64,000 nt of DNA from positions 3,232,001 to 3,296,000 of the forward strand of contig OY764159.1 in assembly GCA_963668175.1 (NCBI GenBank), in the 5' to 3' direction. Position numbers and translations under genes: made by a program. Below, one piece after another: positions 58,934-64,000 of the stretch. Positions within the stretch are counted from its first letter, which is position 1. Each line of letters starts with the position of its first letter. The stretch comes from Syntrophales bacterium (GTDB lineage Bacteria; Desulfobacterota; Syntrophia; Syntrophales; PHBD01). A model generated the notes under the pieces. The model did not search any database, was not told the origin of the DNA, and was given only the letters and a program-made list of their open reading frames with translations.

Positions 58934-60919
58934 ATGACCGGCAAAACCGCCGGGGCCGACAAGCCTCTTTCCTTCCGCCTCAAGACATCTTTCCTCTCCG
59001 TGCTCCTGCTCGTCCAGGTCCTGATGATCGGCCTCTGCGTCGTCTTCGGCTACCTGATGGTGACGAACCTCCGGGAAGCGGAAGACCGGCGGGCGCGAAG
59101 CGTCGACAAACATATCCAGAACGAAGTGACCCACCGGATTTACCGGTCGTATCTCATCACGCTCAATATCGCCCACGATCCGGAGACGATCGAGGCCTTC
59201 CGTAAGCGGGACAGGGAGGCCCTTCTCAAGGTCACGGCCCCTATCTGGAGGGAGTTTCAGACCAGGGACGTCAGCCAGTTTCACTTTCACATCCCCACGC
59301 CGCAGGGCATCGTTTCATTCCTCCGCGTCCACAAAACGGACGTTTACGGCGAAATCGTCTCGACCTACCGGCCCCTTGTCGTGAAGTGCCAGCACGACAA
59401 GAAACTCGTTTCCGGCCTCGAACAGGGCAAAAGCGGATACGGTTTCCGGGCCTGCTCCCCCGTCTTTTACAAAGACCAGCTGATCGGGTCCGTGGAAATC
59501 GGCTCCGGGTTCAGCGAACGGTTTTTCAAAATACTCGATCACTATTACACCGGAAAATGGAGTCTCGTCAACCTGGAGCGGGGCATCAATACGATCAACG
59601 AAGACAAGATCGTGCTGCGGGCATACAACCAGACGGAGGACGTCGCCCTGAACGACGCCCACCAATTGCCCGAGGAAACCCTGACGAAAATCAAACAGGG
59701 CGTATCCTCCCACCGTATCGACCGGGCGACCGAATCGGTCAAGGTCTACGTGCCGATCCGCGATTTCGGCGGCGATTATGTCCTTTATATCACCTATGAA
59801 TACAAGACGCAGTATTTCGCCCGCATCAGGAACGTCATGTATATCTCCTCCCTGATCTGCCTTGTCGGCCTGATCCTTTCCGGCACCATTCTCCTCATCC
59901 TGTACAGGCAGGTCACGAACCCCATCCACGAACTGGTCCTCGAGACGGAAAAGATCAAGAATTTCAATCTTGACGACCGATCGGCGATCCGCGCCTCCCT
60001 CGTGGAGATCAAGACACTGGTCGACGCCGTCGCCAACATGAAGGTGGGCTTGCAGTCCTTCAAGAAGTACGTGCCGTCTCAACTGGTACGGCAGCTCATG
60101 GAATCGGGAATGGAAGCGAATATGAGCGGCCAGCGGCGCGAAGTGACGATCTTCTTTTCGGACATCGCCGGCTTCACGACGATCTCCGAATCGATGCGCC
60201 CGAGCGAACTCGCCTCCCATATCTCCGAATACTTCGACGAGGTTACGAAGATCATCATGGAGCATAACGGCACGGTGGACAAATATATCGGCGATGCGAT
60301 CATGGCCTTCTGGAATGCGCCGGCGGAAATGAAAAATCATGCGGCCGTGGCTTGCCGAACAACGCTGAAGATACTGGAAAAACTCAAAGAGCTGGAGAAA
60401 AAATGGGTCGCCGAAGGCAAACCGGCCTTCCGCACACGGATCGGCATCAACACGGGCGAGGTCGTCGTCGGGAACATGGGGTCCGAACAGCGCCTGAACT
60501 ACACGGTCATCGGCGATGCGGTGAACCTGGCCAGCCGCCTGGAATCCCTGAACAAGTTCTACGGCTCGAACGTCATCATCAGCCAGTTCACCCATGAAAA
60601 ATGCGCCGACGATTTCGAGGTCCGCACCCTCGATTACGTCCTCGTCAAGGGGAAGATCAAGGCCGTCTCGATCTACGAACTCCTCGCGGAAAAAGGCGAT
60701 ATCTCTACTATCGACCGGGAGTATCTCCTCTATTACGAGGAGGCGATCGGCTATTACCTGAAGCGCGACTGGGACAAGGCGATCGAGATATTCGCCCGCC
60801 TCCTCGAACAGAAGCCGGACGACGGCCCCTGCCGGATGTTCCTGGAGCGGTGCCGCGAATACAGGGAAAACCCGCCGCCGGAAGACTGGACGGGCGAATA
60901 CGCCCATCAGAAGAAATAA
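58934..60919 (+). CDS. Membrane class III adenylate cyclase (Cache-HAMP-cyclase-TPR)
   Basis: FFSDIAGFT, DKYIGDAIMAF, RIGINTG, NYTVIGDAVNLASRLE; Cache motif SFLRVHK; C-terminal PP.DW.G. Confidence 0.92.
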   Translation: MTGKTAGADKPLSFRLKTSFLSVLLLVQVLMIGLCVVFGYLMVTNLREAEDRRARSVDKHIQNEVTHRIYRSYLITLNIAHDPETIEAFRKRDREALLKVTAPIWREFQTRDVSQFHFHIPTPQGIVSFLRVHKTDVYGEIVSTYRPLVVKCQHDKKLVSGLEQGKSGYGFRACSPVFYKDQLIGSVEIGSGFSERFFKILDHYYTGKWSLVNLERGINTINEDKIVLRAYNQTEDVALNDAHQLPEETLTKIKQGVSSHRIDRATESVKVYVPIRDFGGDYVLYITYEYKTQYFARIRNVMYISSLICLVGLILSGTILLILYRQVTNPIHELVLETEKIKNFNLDDRSAIRASLVEIKTLVDAVANMKVGLQSFKKYVPSQLVRQLMESGMEANMSGQRREVTIFFSDIAGFTTISESMRPSELASHISEYFDEVTKIIMEHNGTVDKYIGDAIMAFWNAPAEMKNHAAVACRTTLKILEKLKELEKKWVAEGKPAFRTRIGINTGEVVVGNMGSEQRLNYTVIGDAVNLASRLESLNKFYGSNVIISQFTHEKCADDFEVRTLDYVLVKGKIKAVSIYELLAEKGDISTIDREYLLYYEEAIGYYLKRDWDKAIEIFARLLEQKPDDGPCRMFLERCREYRENPPPEDWTGEYAHQKK

Positions 60920-61056
60920 GCCGCGAGCCGGAATGGCATCTGGCCATTCGAATGCACGGATGTAACGATCCGGAAGGCAGACGCTCAAGCGGATTGCCGC
61001 GTGAGAGCGCCCCGCAAACGACGTTCCTTTTGAAACTTCACGATACGAGGTGAATA

Positions 61057-61695
61057 ATGCCGACAAGCCCTTACAACCAAATCGACACCGTTGTTTACCT
61101 TTTGAACAAATTGATGCCTTCGTCCATCCTCGATATCGGCGTCGGTAACGGCAAGATGGGTTTCATCGCCAGGGACCTGCTGGACGTCATGCTGGGCGGT
61201 AGATACCGCAGGGAAGAGTGGAAAGTCCGTATCGACGGCATCGAGATTTTCGCCCCGTACATCCAGGATCATCAAAAGGCGCTATACGATACGATCCACA
61301 TCGGCGACGCCCTGGAGATCATCGGTACTTTGCCGGCCTACGACCTCATCATCATCAGCGACGTCTTGGAACACTTCGAAAGGGAAAACGCCTGGCCGCT
61401 GCTCGATCAATGCGCCGTCCGTGCCAAGCATATCATGATCAACATCCCCCTGAGCGAAAAATGGACCCAACAGGAGATTTACGGCAATCCCCACGAAAGA
61501 CACCTCTCCTTCTGGAGCAGGGAGGATTTCCTGCCATTCGTCTGCGCCAAAGCGTTTTTTTCGTTCGATATAGGCGAATACGGCAGTTTTCTCATCGACA
61601 GCAGGGACTATATCGCCAACAGGCAAACAGGGGAAACGGTCAAGATGCAGATCGAATTGAAAAAGACCTGGATACTGGACAGGCAGGAATGCTGA
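61057..61695 (+). CDS. Class I SAM-dependent methyltransferase
   Basis: ILDIGVGNG, DGIE, GDA, YDLIIISDVLEH. Confidence 0.85.
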   Translation: MPTSPYNQIDTVVYLLNKLMPSSILDIGVGNGKMGFIARDLLDVMLGGRYRREEWKVRIDGIEIFAPYIQDHQKALYDTIHIGDALEIIGTLPAYDLIIISDVLEHFERENAWPLLDQCAVRAKHIMINIPLSEKWTQQEIYGNPHERHLSFWSREDFLPFVCAKAFFSFDIGEYGSFLIDSRDYIANRQTGETVKMQIELKKTWILDRQEC

Positions 61696-61822
61696 TGCTT
61701 GATACCGTCCCGAAGACGTAACTGCCCTTCATCCCCCCGTGCGCTGTTTTTCCTTGAAACCGCCGGACCGATAGGATAAGGCAGCATCCGTAACGGACGA
61801 ATCCGTTTTCGGGAGGTGCACC

Positions 61823-62950
61823 ATGGATAGAAGAAACTTCCTCAAGGGGTCCCTGGCGGCATTGGGGGCCATGGCCATGGAGCCGGAAAAGCTGCTGGCT
61901 GCGGCCGCTTCCGACATTGCCGCCGCGGCTCGGGCTGCCGACAAGATCGACTGCTACTGCCACTTCTCCAGCATGAAGGTGATCGATTACCTCGAAGAAG
62001 CGGGAGGATCAAAACCCCACGTCTTCAGGAGCCTCTTCGCCAACACCCCCGCCCTGATCGATGCGGACCGTCGCCTCGCCCTCATGGACCGGTGCGGCGT
62101 TTCCCGTTCCGTCCTGGTGCCCCTGCCCTGGATCGAAACGTCCCCCGCCGTCTTCGCCGCCCCGCAGAAATGCACCCGGGCGGCCGGTATGATGAACGAC
62201 GCCCTCGCCCGGATCGTCTCCGGGCACCCCGACCGCTTCTCGGCCGTGGCACTGCTCCCGGCGACGAACAGCGGGATCATGATCGAGGAATTGGAACGGG
62301 CGGTGAAACAGATGGGTTTCGCAGGGGGTATGGTGGCCTGCGGCCCCACGGTGAAACGCCTCGACCATCCCGATTATGAACCTCTCTGGGCGTCGGCCGT
62401 GCAACTCGACGTCCCGATCTGGATACACCCCTCCCGGCCGCCGGTTTATCCCGACTACACCGACGAAAAGGTCTCGCAGTACCAGATCTGGCAGACCCTC
62501 TCCTGGCTCATGGACTCTTCCGCCGCCATGGTCCGCCTGGTCTTCGCGGGGGTTTACGACCGTTATCCGGACATGAAGCTTATCATCCACCATCACGGCG
62601 CCCTGGTGCCGCTCTTCGCCCAGCGGATGCAGTACGGCTGGGATTATTTCGAAGAGAGCACGGGGAAGAAACAGCCGACTTCCATTTCGCGTCCCTATAT
62701 CGAGCATTTCCGAAAATTCTACTGCGACACGGCCACCCAGGGACACGAACCCGCCTTGCTGGACATTGCCTGCCGCTTTTTCGGCCCCGATCGGCTTCTC
62801 TACGGTTCGGACGCCCCCATGGATGCTGAGGGCGGAGAGGCCTTCACCCGGGACGCCGCCACGAGTGTTGCGGCCATGACGATATCCGCTGCGGACAAGC
62901 GGCGCATCTACCGGGACAATGCCGTCCGGCTCCTCAAACTCAAGGCTTAG
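61823..62950 (+). CDS. Amidohydrolase-2 family protein with twin-arginine signal peptide
   Basis: MDRRNFLKG; PIWIHP, IIHHHG, FYCDTA, LLYGSDAP, NAVRLL. Confidence 0.88.
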   Translation: MDRRNFLKGSLAALGAMAMEPEKLLAAAASDIAAAARAADKIDCYCHFSSMKVIDYLEEAGGSKPHVFRSLFANTPALIDADRRLALMDRCGVSRSVLVPLPWIETSPAVFAAPQKCTRAAGMMNDALARIVSGHPDRFSAVALLPATNSGIMIEELERAVKQMGFAGGMVACGPTVKRLDHPDYEPLWASAVQLDVPIWIHPSRPPVYPDYTDEKVSQYQIWQTLSWLMDSSAAMVRLVFAGVYDRYPDMKLIIHHHGALVPLFAQRMQYGWDYFEESTGKKQPTSISRPYIEHFRKFYCDTATQGHEPALLDIACRFFGPDRLLYGSDAPMDAEGGEAFTRDAATSVAAMTISAADKRRIYRDNAVRLLKLKA

Positions 62951-63364
62951 CAAGACCGGCGAAGGAAGGCTGTCACCAACAGTAAGAACGCTGGACCCGT
63001 CATCGGAAGATCTTTTACCGGGCTGTTCCTTTCATGCGGAAAGGCGGATCGGTCTTCGCCGGCCCCCTGGATGGATCGTAAATACCTCCCATTGCTGCCA
63101 CCAATTAGATAAACATCGCCATCGTAACGTCCACGGTACAGTCAAGCGCTACTCCCCATTCCATCTCCGTTCGGACCCATTTCGGCATGCCGCCATACAG
63201 GGCAGGAACGGTATACTTTACCTACCGTTAACCATACAGTTAATCCTCATTGCCTGCCGGCGCAGTCTTGCCTATGGTGATCATGACGCAGAGACCCCTC
63301 CCGGGCATGTAACGGATGAGGACGGCTAGTATCGCGACCAGGCAGTCAACTGAGGTTAAAGTGC

Positions 63365-63706
63365 ATGAAAACGGTTAATTCGCTCTTCTGGTTTTTTAGT
63401 CTGGCCGCCATATTATTCCTGGCCGTTCCGAACGCCGGGGCCGCCGATCGGTCCATTTGCAGTCCCGACAGCACCATCTCCCTTCATCCGGGAGGAGCGC
63501 TCCAATCGTGCCGCCTCAGCGACGAATACCGGATAAGCAACGTCACCTGCAAGGGCGATGCACCGATCAGTTTCCATGAGAACGGCAATCTGGAATCGTG
63601 TGTGCTCTCCGATGACACGACCATATCCGGGGAGAAATGCAAAGGAGATGCGCCTGTTTACTTTTACAGCGACGGCAAGCTGAGATCCTGCCTGTACCCG
63701 GAATGA
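63365..63706 (+). CDS. Small exported Cys-containing repeat protein
   Basis: Signal peptide ending AGA; about 2.5 copies of a 30-aa unit (IS.H..G.L.SC.LSD...IS...CKGDAP). Confidence 0.8.
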   Translation: MKTVNSLFWFFSLAAILFLAVPNAGAADRSICSPDSTISLHPGGALQSCRLSDEYRISNVTCKGDAPISFHENGNLESCVLSDDTTISGEKCKGDAPVYFYSDGKLRSCLYPE

Positions 63707-63808
63707 TGCCGGACAAGCGCCCACCGCCGATCGGCTCGGTCGGCAGGTATTTTGCCTTCACTGTGCTGACGATCCCGCCTGCCGGCGGGAATGAAGGAGA
63801 AGAAGACC

Positions 63809-64000
63809 ATGGATCAATTGCCCCTGACAAAATGTCCTTGTTGCGGCGGTGCCCTGACCTATGAGAAATTCTATGGTCACGACGAACAGTTCTGGGGATG
63901 GAAATGCCTGTTCTGCGGAGAGATTCTTGATCCCGTCATCCTTGCAAACCGACAACTGATGAAGGCGGGGCACGAATCGGCCCTCCGCCTCGCCAGAAGG
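63809..64000 (+). CDS. Small zinc-ribbon hypothetical protein (3'-truncated by window edge)
   Basis: AAGGAG RBS; MDQLPLTKCPCCGGALTYEKFYGHDEQFWGWKCLFCGEILDPVILANR...; absent from the ORF track because there is no stop codon. Confidence 0.7.
   Translation, partial: MDQLPLTKCPCCGGALTYEKFYGHDEQFWGWKCLFCGEILDPVILANRQLMKAGHESALRLARR

Noticed and set aside
59315..61066. 583-aa minus-strand ORF
   Set aside because: Antisense shadow of the adenylate cyclase.
1..64000. CRISPR arrays, tRNA/rRNA, IS elements, prophage, defence systems
   Set aside because: No regularly spaced direct repeats, structural RNA signatures, or transposase, integrase, phage or nuclease motifs were recognised by eye.

Overview
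Gene-dense, GC-rich bacterial chromosome segment. Gene content (many PAS/Cache hybrid kinases, HD-GYP/HDOD proteins, sigma54 activator, DUF134/NifX/CCG cluster, decaheme cytochrome) suggests an anaerobic Desulfobacterota/Syntrophales-like organism; this is inference only. Left to right: the end of a liv-type ABC operon, a signalling block, an AT-richer outer-membrane barrel plus giant TPR gene pair, dapA and a nitroreductase, an MtrA/MtrB-type porin-decaheme cytochrome pair flanked by an OM barrel, a YVTN beta-propeller and an orphan B12-binding domain, a second signalling block, an orphan TAXI protein, small detox enzymes, an XylR-like activator with a sigma54-driven repeat protein, MFS/EmrAB/TetR, a DUF134-NifX-FmdB-CCG-MBL operon, an RND/TolC pump, an adenylate cyclase and a Tat-signal amidohydrolase. 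I saw no rRNA, tRNA, CRISPR array, transposase or integrase. The two most striking observations are (1) an unannotated Lys-codon leader peptide with a full protector/antiterminator/terminator architecture upstream of dapA, a candidate ribosome-mediated lysine attenuator, and (2) a stand-alone MtrAB electron conduit with a palindromic operator over its promoter. All calls come from reading motifs by eye; no searches were run.
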